Virus record (IMG/VR): IMGVR_UViG_2648501392_000020
Reading direction: 5' to 3' (one strand)
From: a virus
Lineage: Duplodnaviria; Heunggongvirae; Uroviricota; Caudoviricetes
Length of the DNA stretch: 10,109 nt
Under the pieces are notes generated by a model that was not told where the DNA came from, ran no database searches, and saw nothing but the letters and a program-made list of their open reading frames with translations. Below are positions 1-7,021 of this stretch, piece after piece. Position numbers and translations under genes: made by a program. The first letter of the stretch is position 1; each line of letters opens with the position of its first letter.

Positions 1-564
1 TCAACGACTGCGCTTAGCGTGGCGCTCCCAGTTTTCTTGCTTCGCCTGCGCCGTTTTACGTAGTGCGACGTAACACGCCCCGCTGCCGCCATGATGCGGT
101 AGCGCGGTGCAATATGCCTGAACATCATCAAATTCGGTCAGCCAGCGCGCCACATAGCTGCGGACAATATTGGCATGCGATTTATCTTCCCGCCCTTTAC
201 CATGAATAATCAGCACATTACGCAAACCATCCGCCAGGGCTTGTTGAATGAAACTGAACACCATTTTGCGGCACTCTTCCACCGGCTGGCGCAAAAGATT
301 CAGGCTCGCCTGTTGCGGATATTTACCACTGCGCAGCTTATCCAGCACCCCATGTTGCAACCCTTCCCGCCGAAACTCCAGCGGCTGACTTAGTGGGATG
401 ATGTCGAGAAATCCGGTGGTGAGGAAATTATCAAGCTGCAGCGTGTCGATACGCTGCGGCGCACGTTGGTTACGCGTTGGATGCCAGTGGACATCGGTAG
501 CACGTTTCAGCGGCTGGACATCTTCCATGGCGTCAAGAAACAGCGATTTGTCGTCAAGGTTCAT
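1..564 (-). CDS. smrA: Smr-domain protein (SmrA/YdaL-like DNA endonuclease), complete, stop at 1-3
   Basis: 187-aa ORF with ATG at 564 and GGAGG 7 nt upstream. C-terminal Smr motif (LIIHGKGREDKSHANIVRSYVARWL). N-terminus MNLDDKSLFLDAMEDVQPLKR matches my recollection of E. coli SmrA, not verified. Confidence 0.75.
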   Translation of the reverse strand: MNLDDKSLFLDAMEDVQPLKRATDVHWHPTRNQRAPQRIDTLQLDNFLTTGFLDIIPLSQPLEFRREGLQHGVLDKLRSGKYPQQASLNLLRQPVEECRKMVFSFIQQALADGLRNVLIIHGKGREDKSHANIVRSYVARWLTEFDDVQAYCTALPHHGGSGACYVALRKTAQAKQENWERHAKRSR

Positions 565-782
565 GTTACATCCTCCCGCAATTAAGAGCGCGATATGATA
601 ACCAGACCGGGTCGGTCCAACAACGTATTACCCAAAATTCCAGTAATAAGTTCCAAATATTGCCGATATTTTAAGCAAAATGCTTATGCATGATTATTCA
701 TTCACGATATTTATAATTAAATGCGCATAACTTATTGAATTTAACCAACAAACATCGCTACAAATAACGTTAAAAATCGCAA

Positions 783-806
783 ATTAACTACACCATTAAC
801 TACACC
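783..806. repeat. Perfect tandem direct repeat, 2 x 12 bp (attaactacacc)
   Basis: Read directly: attaactacacc at 783-794 and again at 795-806, about 220 bp upstream of the smrA start. Confidence 0.5.
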
Positions 807-1297
807 GTTCGGTGCACTGTATGCAACAATGCGGAACAAATAGACACAAGCGACGGGCTATACCGTTATCATTTTCCGGCTATCCGCCATGAAGCTGGTG
901 GATGATCACGGATAAACCGTTATGGAAGTCCCCATATCGGCATCATGCCCACCAGCGAGATTAGTTATCTGGTTGCTGATGGGAGGCTGACGAACCTCGA
1001 TGCTAGGGTGCGCAAAACTAGTGAGACCTTTTTTCTCTGCAACAGGCCCATAATTCGCGTTTTCTTTGTCTGCCGTAAGGTGGGGGATTTTTGGCGGATC
1101 CAGCAATGGCGCGGATTTTGTGATTTTTTATAGATAGACCTCATCTATCAATCCCGTGCACACCTTCCCAAAAAAAGTTTTCGAACCTGCGGCGATGTGA
1201 ACAAGGGTAGGCGGGCGGTCCCATAAGCAATGAGGTGTAGGGATTTCTATCCCCCTGGGGGTATTAAACACCACCCGATTTAAATACCGTCTTTTTT

Positions 1298-1332
1298 GTC
1301 ACTGTGTGTCACTCTCCGTCACGGTATGTCAC
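1298..1332. repeat. Four direct GTCAC repeats at exact 10-bp phase; candidate integrase arm-type sites / island boundary
   Basis: gtcac at 1298, 1308, 1318 and 1328 (tGTCACtgtg tGTCACtctc cGTCACggta tGTCACcaca). Resembles the lambda Int arm-site core (C/AAGTCACTAT). Lies just after the last island ORF. Confidence 0.55.
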
Positions 1333-1338
1333 CACAAG

Positions 1339-1620
1339 TTAACGTCGTAACCGTTCCGGCTTCTTCCAGTGGTAAGTAATTTTTTCTTTCTCTTGGTACA
1401 TCTGCACGCGGCGACGGTACGACAACATCTCCAGAACTCTGGTGCGTATGTTGCGCATATCCACGCCGTTAAGCTCGATACCGTCACGGCGCATCACCTC
1501 AGCAACAACACGCACATAATTTTCAGCGGTCACGCTGTCCGGCTGCGTGGCCTGTTCGTCAGCCTGCTGGCTGATTCCGGTAACGCGGCGGATTAATCGC
1601 AGTATTTCGGCTTCTGTCAT
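1339..1620 (-). CDS. Hypothetical protein, 93 aa, last gene of the packaging cluster
   Basis: ATG at 1620 with a GGGGG Shine-Dalgarno about 5 nt upstream. Protein-like composition. No family recognised. Confidence 0.55.
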   Translation of the reverse strand: MTEAEILRLIRRVTGISQQADEQATQPDSVTAENYVRVVAEVMRRDGIELNGVDMRNIRTRVLEMLSYRRRVQMYQEKEKITYHWKKPERLRR

Positions 1621-1693
1621 TGTGCCCCCATCGCTCTGATAGCCTGGTGTCGTCAGGTCCTTCCTGGAATTATGGCCCGTTACGGGGCGGCGG

Positions 1694-2236
1694 TTACTCG
1701 CCTTTGTTCTGTAGCAACTTCTCAGGCGCGCTTCCGGTAGTTTCCATCAGGTAATCAGCCAGTATCTGTGGCAGGTTTTCGTCAAGTCTTGCACATGCGT
1801 TACATGCTTTGGCTATTTCCCTTTTTAGTTCATCCAGCATATACGGCCTTATATCGGGAAAGCGCCTTTGCATTGTGAGCGGGAGGCTGTCCATGATTGA
1901 TGAAATCTGACTCGCTAGTTTTGAGATCGCGTAGATGCAAAACTTTGTATCAATCACCTCGCCGCGTTCGCGCTCGTTTTTAAGTTCCTGCGCTTCCGCC
2001 TGGGCCGTCATTAATCTGATTCTTACGCGTAAAAGTTCATCATCATCAATCTCGCCTTTGTCGTTTGTAAGCTGGTTAATTGCATTGTTAACCCTATTGT
2101 CTATCACGCTAGCAACATCATAAAACGCCTCACGGCCTTTACGCTCAACGGGAGTTACTCCCCACTTGTCGAACGCTGTCGCACTTACGCGGCAGCTTTG
2201 CGCCATAGTTTTTTTGTTCATCAGGTGCGATTTCAT
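1694..2236 (-). CDS. Terminase small subunit, lambda Nu1-like
   Basis: Translation aligns with lambda Nu1 as I remember it (ours RLMTAQAEAQELKNERERGEVIDTKFCIYAISKLASQISSIMDSLPLTMQRRFPDI vs lambda RLTRAQADAQELKNARDSAEVVETAFCTFVLSRIAGEIASILDGLPLSVQRRFPEL). Start at ATG 2236 has a GTGGGG Shine-Dalgarno; alternative ATG at 2221 gives MNKKT, matching lambda MEVNKK. The cos site lies immediately upstream. Confidence 0.85.
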   Translation of the reverse strand: MKSHLMNKKTMAQSCRVSATAFDKWGVTPVERKGREAFYDVASVIDNRVNNAINQLTNDKGEIDDDELLRVRIRLMTAQAEAQELKNERERGEVIDTKFCIYAISKLASQISSIMDSLPLTMQRRFPDIRPYMLDELKREIAKACNACARLDENLPQILADYLMETTGSAPEKLLQNKGE

Positions 2237-2263
2237 CAATATCCCCACTTAGTTAAGGTTTCA

Positions 2264-2338
2264 GGTTGGTGTGTTGGTGTTATCTTTCCCTTTTTATTCA
2301 TAGAGATAGAGCGAAAAACAAAACCACCACCACCAACC
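2264..2338. repeat. cosB-like region: inverted GGTTGGTG / CACCAACC repeat blocks flanking an AT-rich spacer; candidate TerS-binding elements
   Basis: ggttggtgtgttggtg at 2264-2279 and accaccaccaccaacc at 2323-2338 on the plus strand, between cosN and the terS start. Differs from the lambda sequence at the equivalent position. Confidence 0.45.
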
Positions 2339-2369
2339 CGAAAAGGCTCATAAATAGCGAAAATCCGCA

Positions 2370-2381
2370 AGGTCGCCGCCC
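2370..2381 (-). other. cosN: lambda-type cohesive-end site (GGGCGGCGACCT on the minus strand) within cos region 2250-2437
   Basis: Minus strand reads GATCCGGCAGGCTACG-GGGCGGCGACCT-TGCGGATTTTCGCTATTTATGAGCCTTTT, near-identical to the lambda right end/left end junction as I remember it. Position upstream of the Nu1-like gene mirrors lambda cosN-cosB-Nu1. Confidence 0.85.
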
Positions 2382-2437
2382 CGTAGCCTGCCGGATCGCC
2401 GGAAAGGACCCGCCAGCCAGAACGGGCCCTAATTTCA

Positions 2438-2821
2438 TCAACCAATCAACTTATAGCGACCATCCCGTGCATTGCGACGTACACGCTCAATCTTGAGGCA
2501 TAGCGCCGCATCTGGCTTTTTGGGGACAGGTACGCGGCAATATTCAGAAGCTCGAGGAATATTGTTTATCCAGTCGATCACTTCACTTAAATACCAGGCC
2601 TTACGCCCTTCCGTAACCTGTACGCGTTCGGGGAACTCTCCACGAGCCTCAAGGTTTAGCAATGTGCGACGGCTAAGGGTAGTAAGTTCCATCACCTGAT
2701 TCATATCAACAAGGCGTTCACTTAAACGCCTTTTGTCAGCAATAGCCTTTAATTCCTCTACTGCTGGATCCGGATACATCATTTCGGCAATTGGCTTAAG
2801 GTCATTGTAATGATTCTGCAT
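2438..2821 (-). CDS. AlpA-family (MerR-like HTH, excisionase/regulator type) DNA-binding protein with about 40-aa N-terminal extension
   Basis: ATG at 2821 with AAGGGGGA Shine-Dalgarno, 11 nt after the gpD-like stop. HTH block ELTTLSRRTLLNLEARGEFPERVQVTEGRKAWYLSEVIDWI fits the AlpA/Phage_AlpA pattern. Confidence 0.7.
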   Translation of the reverse strand: MQNHYNDLKPIAEMMYPDPAVEELKAIADKRRLSERLVDMNQVMELTTLSRRTLLNLEARGEFPERVQVTEGRKAWYLSEVIDWINNIPRASEYCRVPVPKKPDAALCLKIERVRRNARDGRYKLIG

Positions 2822-2832
2822 TGCATCCCCCT

Positions 2833-3174
2833 TTACACACGAGCCAGCGGCTGAACAGAAATACCTGAGCCAACAAACGCGGCAACCTTTGCCGACAGTT
2901 CTCTTACAGACTCAGGCCAGTTCAGAGCATCAACATTTAAAACACCTGTCTTATAAACCTGTGCCTGTGTTTTTTTCGCTGTGTCGATTTGTACAGCGGA
3001 AACATAAACCGCTTTGCCTGCGCTCGTTCCATCCCATACCACTAGCGCACCAGTGGCATCTTCCTGCATCAGTGGCGTAAACGCAGGTATTACCCCTTTA
3101 TTGGCTGAAAATATCCCCAGCGTAGTAACCAGTGCTTCAGTGCCAGACATGAGTTCAGTGTAATGAGTAGCCAT
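2833..3174 (-). CDS. Head decoration protein, lambda gpD-like
   Basis: 113 aa. TPLMQEDATGALVVWDGTSAGKAVYVSAVQ...YKTGVLNVDALNWPE...AAFVGSGISV aligns with lambda gpD ([30 protein letters not shown]...YKSGTFRYEDVLWPE...TAFAGTAISIV). GGGGGAG Shine-Dalgarno, 9 nt after the capsid gene stop. Confidence 0.85.
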   Translation of the reverse strand: MATHYTELMSGTEALVTTLGIFSANKGVIPAFTPLMQEDATGALVVWDGTSAGKAVYVSAVQIDTAKKTQAQVYKTGVLNVDALNWPESVRELSAKVAAFVGSGISVQPLARV

Positions 3175-3183
3175 TGCTCCCCC

Positions 3184-4230
3184 TTAGCCAATGCGAACGG
3201 TAACAAAACGATTGATGCGGGCCGGTATTGGCTGTGGTGCTGAATGTGTCTGCACATATTCAATAGCCGGATCACCAGGCACAATATAGTTTTTCGGTGC
3301 AAGTTCGGCTTTAGTCAGCCCCATCCGAATTAGCTCCGGATCCTGAATACCGCCATAAGCGACAATCCCCTGAAGAGCCGTATTGCCAAGCACCATCAAA
3401 TCAGGATCAAGGAAATATTTTTCAGTTCCGTCCTCGTCGGTATAACGCCCGCTGTAAACAACAATCGCAACATCGCCCATATACCCTTTAAAACTCACCG
3501 AATCACCAAGGTCTTTAAGGGCCGTTTCCAGTTCGGAATTAGAACCTCGACGGGTATCCAGAGCCTCTTTTACAGCTCTGAATGAGCGGTATTTTTTCCA
3601 TACATTGCCGCCCATAATAATGATATTAGTGACTCCCTCACTAAATTCTGCGTAGCTCTCAATATCATCATTTGGGTCAAAAGATCCTTTATCCTTACCT
3701 GACCACTCAGCACCGCCAGACTGAGTGATGATATTTTGTGGTTTAATATTCCAGTCCAGCTCATAACGTTCAATACCATCGCCCACAATGATATTTTTCC
3801 CTGTTGTAATTGCCTGAACGGCAAGCCATTCAATACGTGCACGTATAGCTTTAGCCTGATTTACAATCGCCTGTTTAACTTTAATATTACGCGCCCCAAA
3901 AGCATTGTATTGCTCAGGTGATACACCAGCAGGGCGCACAGCTAGCTTATTTGGATCAATGCTGCTTTTCGGTTTCATATAGCCAGGGCGAATTGTTTTT
4001 GATTCGTATCCCTCATCTCGTGAAACTTTACTGCCCACCATAGGAGAGCAAAACGCCGCGATCGGGATATTTGGATCGTCGATCGTATCAAGAATAATGT
4101 CTCTCGATTCAAACATTACCGAGCGAGTGAAAAACAAACTGGTAAACAACGCATTTAATTTTTTTTGCACATCTTCAGCATTAGCCACCTGCACAAGCTG
4201 TGTAGGCGAATATAAATCAACCATACTCAT
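3184..4230 (-). CDS. Major capsid protein, lambda gpE family
   Basis: Long blocks align with lambda gpE (ITQSGGAEWSGKDK...DPNDDIESYA, RSFRAVKEALDTRRGSNSELETALKDLG, GDVAIVVYSG, MVLGNT). Start chosen at ATG 4230 (MSMVDLY, as lambda MSMYTT) with AAGAGG Shine-Dalgarno. The ORF track start at 4311 is an upstream extension. Confidence 0.9.
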   Translation of the reverse strand: MSMVDLYSPTQLVQVANAEDVQKKLNALFTSLFFTRSVMFESRDIILDTIDDPNIPIAAFCSPMVGSKVSRDEGYESKTIRPGYMKPKSSIDPNKLAVRPAGVSPEQYNAFGARNIKVKQAIVNQAKAIRARIEWLAVQAITTGKNIIVGDGIERYELDWNIKPQNIITQSGGAEWSGKDKGSFDPNDDIESYAEFSEGVTNIIIMGGNVWKKYRSFRAVKEALDTRRGSNSELETALKDLGDSVSFKGYMGDVAIVVYSGRYTDEDGTEKYFLDPDLMVLGNTALQGIVAYGGIQDPELIRMGLTKAELAPKNYIVPGDPAIEYVQTHSAPQPIPARINRFVTVRIG

Positions 4231-4396
4231 CCTCTTTACATTCATTACAAATAATTGTGAATATATTCTATTACCGATGTCTGCTATGCGAATACATGCA
4301 ACCAAGTGCAATGTTGTATAAAATCTGCCGTGACAACTTCAGTGCTGATAATTCGTGTTAATGTATTTACTTCCTTTGGTCGGGATTTATGTAGCA

Positions 4397-4433
4397 TGCC
4401 GGAAAATCTATTTTTTTCCGGCATTTTTTGTTT
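4397..4433 (+). terminator. Intrinsic-terminator-like hairpin oriented for the plus strand (10-bp stem, 7-nt loop, then TTTTTTGTTTG)
   Basis: tgccggaaaa (4397-4406) pairs with ttttccggca (4414-4423), followed by a T-run at 4424-4433. On the minus strand the stem is followed by non-U-rich sequence. Confidence 0.5.
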
Positions 4434-4440
4434 GCAGAAT

Positions 4441-4863
4441 TTAAAACGGTATATTATCGCCGTACGGTTCATCATTCCCTGACTGTTGTTTTGCCCTGTT
4501 CAATGCGTCAGTGGCCTGGCCCTGTTGACCTTTTTTGCCGCCCGGTCGCGCCGTTCTGGCACTGATTACACTATCTGCGATAACCTGCCAGCCCTGCCGC
4601 GTTTCGCCGTTCTGGCCTGTCCACTGGCTCACCTGCATGTTACCCGCCACGCTCAGGAGTTCGCCTTTGTGGTGTTTTGCCAGTGCGTCGGCCTGTCTGC
4701 CAAACGCCAGGACAGATAACCACATCGTCGCCGTTCCGTCATCTGCCTGGCTGCACGGCAGGGGAACCGCCATACTCGCCATCGCCATTTGTGTCCCTTT
4801 GCTAGTGGTCTTTAACTGCGGGTCAGCCACCAGCCGCCCGTAAGCCGCTATCTGTGCTGTCAT
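4441..4863 (-). CDS. ssb: Single-stranded DNA-binding protein (SSB)
   Basis: 140 aa. OB-fold SSB pattern (GRLVADPQL...W..V.AFGRQA...KG..L.V.G......W....G..R) and C-terminal acidic tip ending DNIPF (canonical DDDIPF). GGAGAGGTGG Shine-Dalgarno. Confidence 0.85.
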   Translation of the reverse strand: MTAQIAAYGRLVADPQLKTTSKGTQMAMASMAVPLPCSQADDGTATMWLSVLAFGRQADALAKHHKGELLSVAGNMQVSQWTGQNGETRQGWQVIADSVISARTARPGGKKGQQGQATDALNRAKQQSGNDEPYGDNIPF

Positions 4864-5111
4864 GATTCCACCTCTCCGGTTTTAACGTTGATTGTTGTTA
4901 CCTGTTCCGCTTCGGCAATCTCCCGCTCTGTCAGCGTGGCAAAATTTGCCGCCGTCGTGGTCATGAATGCGCTTATCAGTTCGGGATGTGCTTTCGCGTA
5001 TCCTTCTCCGGCGTGGCGGTCTATCGTTCTGATTGCCACCTTTAAGGCGTGCTCTGTCATGTCTAATGCGCGATATTTTGGTGCTGTCTTATCTCTGGTT
5101 TTTCTGGTCAT
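4860..5111 (-). CDS. Hypothetical protein (about 83 aa); start uncertain
   Basis: ORF track frame 4860-5243 begins with GTG inside the iteron array and has no Shine-Dalgarno. Internal ATG at 5111 has AGGTGG upstream and leaves the iterons intergenic. Stop overlaps the ssb start (ATGA). Confidence 0.45.
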   Translation of the reverse strand: MTRKTRDKTAPKYRALDMTEHALKVAIRTIDRHAGEGYAKAHPELISAFMTTTAANFATLTEREIAEAEQVTTINVKTGEVES

Positions 5112-5113
5112 GC

Positions 5114-5325
5114 GCCCACCTGTGCCCACTTTTTCTACCCACTTTTCATGGTTTCCCACTTCGTCCCACCTGGGATTTTGTGGTTTTATATCGTACTGTT
5201 TCATAAGAATTTTTTTAGTGCCCACTTTTTGGGATGTATACACGTGGGAAAGTGGGCGATTTTGTTAAATTCCAGTTAAATTACCCACTATTCCCACTTT
5301 TAACGCCCACTTTTTACAGTGGGTG
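5114..5325. repeat. Iteron cluster (CCCACT(TTT), at least 9 direct and 3 inverted copies); probable island replication origin
   Basis: cccac(t/c) at 5115, 5125, 5138, 5155, 5165, 5221, 5284, 5293 and 5306; inverted agtggg/gtggga at 5244, 5251 and 5318. Lies immediately 3' of the helicase-initiator gene. Confidence 0.7.
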
Positions 5326-6720
5326 AACATCATCCCCATCGACGCAAATCACGCCGTCTTTTTCCAGTTTGGCTAACCATCGTTTAAGGTGTTTTGTGTC
5401 ATATCCCAGCTTTTTCATGTCATCACGTAGCAGCGGGATCGTGCATTTATCACCATGCTGTATACGTGACCGGATACAACCCCATAAAGCCGTGTGATTT
5501 TCCGTCTTGTTCCCGGCCTCCTCTATGCGCTCCAGTTCAGCAGGGGCGCGGGGAACGTCAATCACCACCATGGACACGATTTCTTCACCCTCAGGATCCG
5601 TAAATACCTCCACGCTCTTAAGGTCGTAGGCGCTTTCTTTTGGCTCCTCCGCGTCCTTCATCTTCTTACATGCTGCAACCAGCGCCGTAGCCTCTGAATG
5701 TTCCCGACTGATTCGGAACTCAGCATCAAGCGCCGCACGGAATGCACTGGAACCCCGCGCCCCTTTCGTCTCATCCTTGCCGGAATGATGCACAACCAGA
5801 ACCGTGGCCCCCGTGGCCTGCTTTATCGCGTCACACCCCTGGATAAACGCCCCCATGTCGCGGGAGTCATTTTCATCATGACCACCAAAGCAACGGGCCA
5901 GCGTGTCAATGACAATCATCCGCACCCTTTCGCCCGTTCTGTCCTGCACTAATCCGGCGGTCCTGATAACCTGCTCCACATAGTCAGGCGATGCAGGGAA
6001 GACAGGCGCGTTAACGATGCACAAATCCGTAACCACCTTGTCGTGGGTTATCTCCCACGCCTTAACGCGGCGTTTTACGCCCATACTGCCTTCGCCAGCG
6101 ATATAGATAACCGCGCCCTTACTTACCCTGCGGCCTCCCCATGCCATACCTGTGGCAACATGACACGACCAGGAAATAGCCAGGAACGATTTATAAGAAC
6201 CGCTGGCCCCGTAGGTGCTGCATAATGATTCAGCCGGAATAAGCCCCTTAATTACGTAGCTTTGCTGCGCGTCGAATCCCTCAGAACCCCATGAGATGGG
6301 AAGTGTGATTTTTCGCTTTCCGCCATTCATGACCAGACTTTCCCCGCGTTCCCAGGTTTCTTTAAGTCGGGGTAGTTGCTCGCTCCAGTCCTCCAGTAGT
6401 TCGAAATTCTCTGAAAGTAACCGCGCTTCCCGGACACCTGCGATCGCCAGTTTGGTGGCAATGGTCAGCATCTGCATATCGTCCAGGTTTCCGGCGCGTA
6501 TGACCTTTGCTCTGTATCGTCCTTCATCAACAATCTGTAAATTGTCCAGTTCGCTTAACTGATAACGGCCCAGGTAAACCGGAGGGATGGGATCGCCTGC
6601 TTTTTTGGCCTGTGCAATCATGTAATGTTCTGCAAAGGAGTGAGCATTATCACCCGCAAAAATAACCGCCTCAGTGTGTTTATCTTTCGGTAACAGTTTT
6701 ACGTTCGGTGCCAGTTTCAT
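5314..6720 (-). CDS. RecA-fold replicative helicase / replication initiator (RepA/DnaB-like, AAA_25-type) with C-terminal winged-helix-like domain
   Basis: 468 aa. Walker A GASGSYKS, Walker B-like MIVIDTL, HHSGKD motif. C-terminal basic helical segment (LLRDDMKKLGYDTKHLKRWLAKLEKDG) adjacent to the iterons. AGGGG Shine-Dalgarno. Confidence 0.85.
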   Translation of the reverse strand: MKLAPNVKLLPKDKHTEAVIFAGDNAHSFAEHYMIAQAKKAGDPIPPVYLGRYQLSELDNLQIVDEGRYRAKVIRAGNLDDMQMLTIATKLAIAGVREARLLSENFELLEDWSEQLPRLKETWERGESLVMNGGKRKITLPISWGSEGFDAQQSYVIKGLIPAESLCSTYGASGSYKSFLAISWSCHVATGMAWGGRRVSKGAVIYIAGEGSMGVKRRVKAWEITHDKVVTDLCIVNAPVFPASPDYVEQVIRTAGLVQDRTGERVRMIVIDTLARCFGGHDENDSRDMGAFIQGCDAIKQATGATVLVVHHSGKDETKGARGSSAFRAALDAEFRISREHSEATALVAACKKMKDAEEPKESAYDLKSVEVFTDPEGEEIVSMVVIDVPRAPAELERIEEAGNKTENHTALWGCIRSRIQHGDKCTIPLLRDDMKKLGYDTKHLKRWLAKLEKDGVICVDGDDVHPL

Positions 6721-7016
6721 TTTTTACCCCTGAATCCGTTAATCATGGTTTTCAGCTTCTGGATGTTTGCCCGTGCCCTGGCGTTGCTGGTGGACACGTT
6801 ATGCGGCGCGGTCTGTACCAGAGAAAAATCACGCCGGAACTGATAAACAGGCATCACGCAATCATATTCGTAACCTTCACGGCGGTAGGTTACGCGCCGT
6901 TCTTCCACGCCCTTAATCATTACCGTGCCGCCGTACTGGTCGCGGTAAATATCGCCGCGCGTAAATTTAGGGTGAGTGTTGCCACTGGCAGTTAAGCCAG
7001 AATATTTAAGTTTCAT
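6717..7016 (-). CDS. Hypothetical protein, 99 aa
   Basis: ATG at 7016. Stop overlaps the helicase start by 4 nt (translational coupling). No family recognised. Confidence 0.55.
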   Translation of the reverse strand: MKLKYSGLTASGNTHPKFTRGDIYRDQYGGTVMIKGVEERRVTYRREGYEYDCVMPVYQFRRDFSLVQTAPHNVSTSNARARANIQKLKTMINGFRGKK

Positions 7017-7021
7017 TATTT

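Noticed and set aside
565-900. Looked for a small-RNA gene (such as mcaS, which I recall lying upstream of smrA in K-12) in the smrA upstream region
   Set aside because: I could not recognise the sequence or a convincing promoter-hairpin-terminator unit by eye, and I cannot verify the K-12 context without a search.
906-1133. Two overlapping small ORFs (906-1106 minus, 945-1133 plus) in the smrA flank
   Set aside because: They are mutually exclusive, show no convincing Shine-Dalgarno or protein-like composition, and lie in probable attachment-site or flank sequence.
1170-1195. tRNA-like GTTCGAA motif, examined as a possible tRNA 3' end at the integration site
   Set aside because: Flanking bases do not form a T-stem or acceptor stem and there is no CCA-proximal structure, so a tRNA gene is not supported.
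1260-1300. AT-rich imperfect hairpin followed by CTTTTTTG, possible terminator
   Set aside because: The stem has only two G-C pairs and a bulge, so it is too weak to call. The T-run overlaps the first GTCAC repeat.
2236-2445. 69-aa minus-strand ORF covering the terS-alpA intergenic region
   Set aside because: It starts at GTG, spans the cos site and the GC-rich repeats, and its first codons are an extension of the terS frame with no separate Shine-Dalgarno. It is better explained as non-coding cos DNA.
3090-3842. Minus- and plus-strand ORFs nested in the capsid gene (3090-3302, 3570-3842, 3736-3921)
   Set aside because: These are alternative frames of the gpE-like gene, whose own frame aligns with lambda gpE end to end.
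4284-4475. 63-aa minus-strand ORF in the ssb-capsid gap
   Set aside because: It overlaps the ssb start and the terminator hairpin, has no Shine-Dalgarno, and is Lys/Arg/Phe-rich AT-driven sequence.
4888-5268. 126-aa plus-strand ORF across the iteron region
   Set aside because: It is antisense to the small minus-strand gene and runs through the iterons. Ser/Phe/Cys-rich composition is typical of a non-coding frame.
5394-6562. Several plus-strand ORFs of 60-88 aa inside the helicase gene
   Set aside because: All are antisense to a 468-aa gene with clear Walker motifs and have no start signals.
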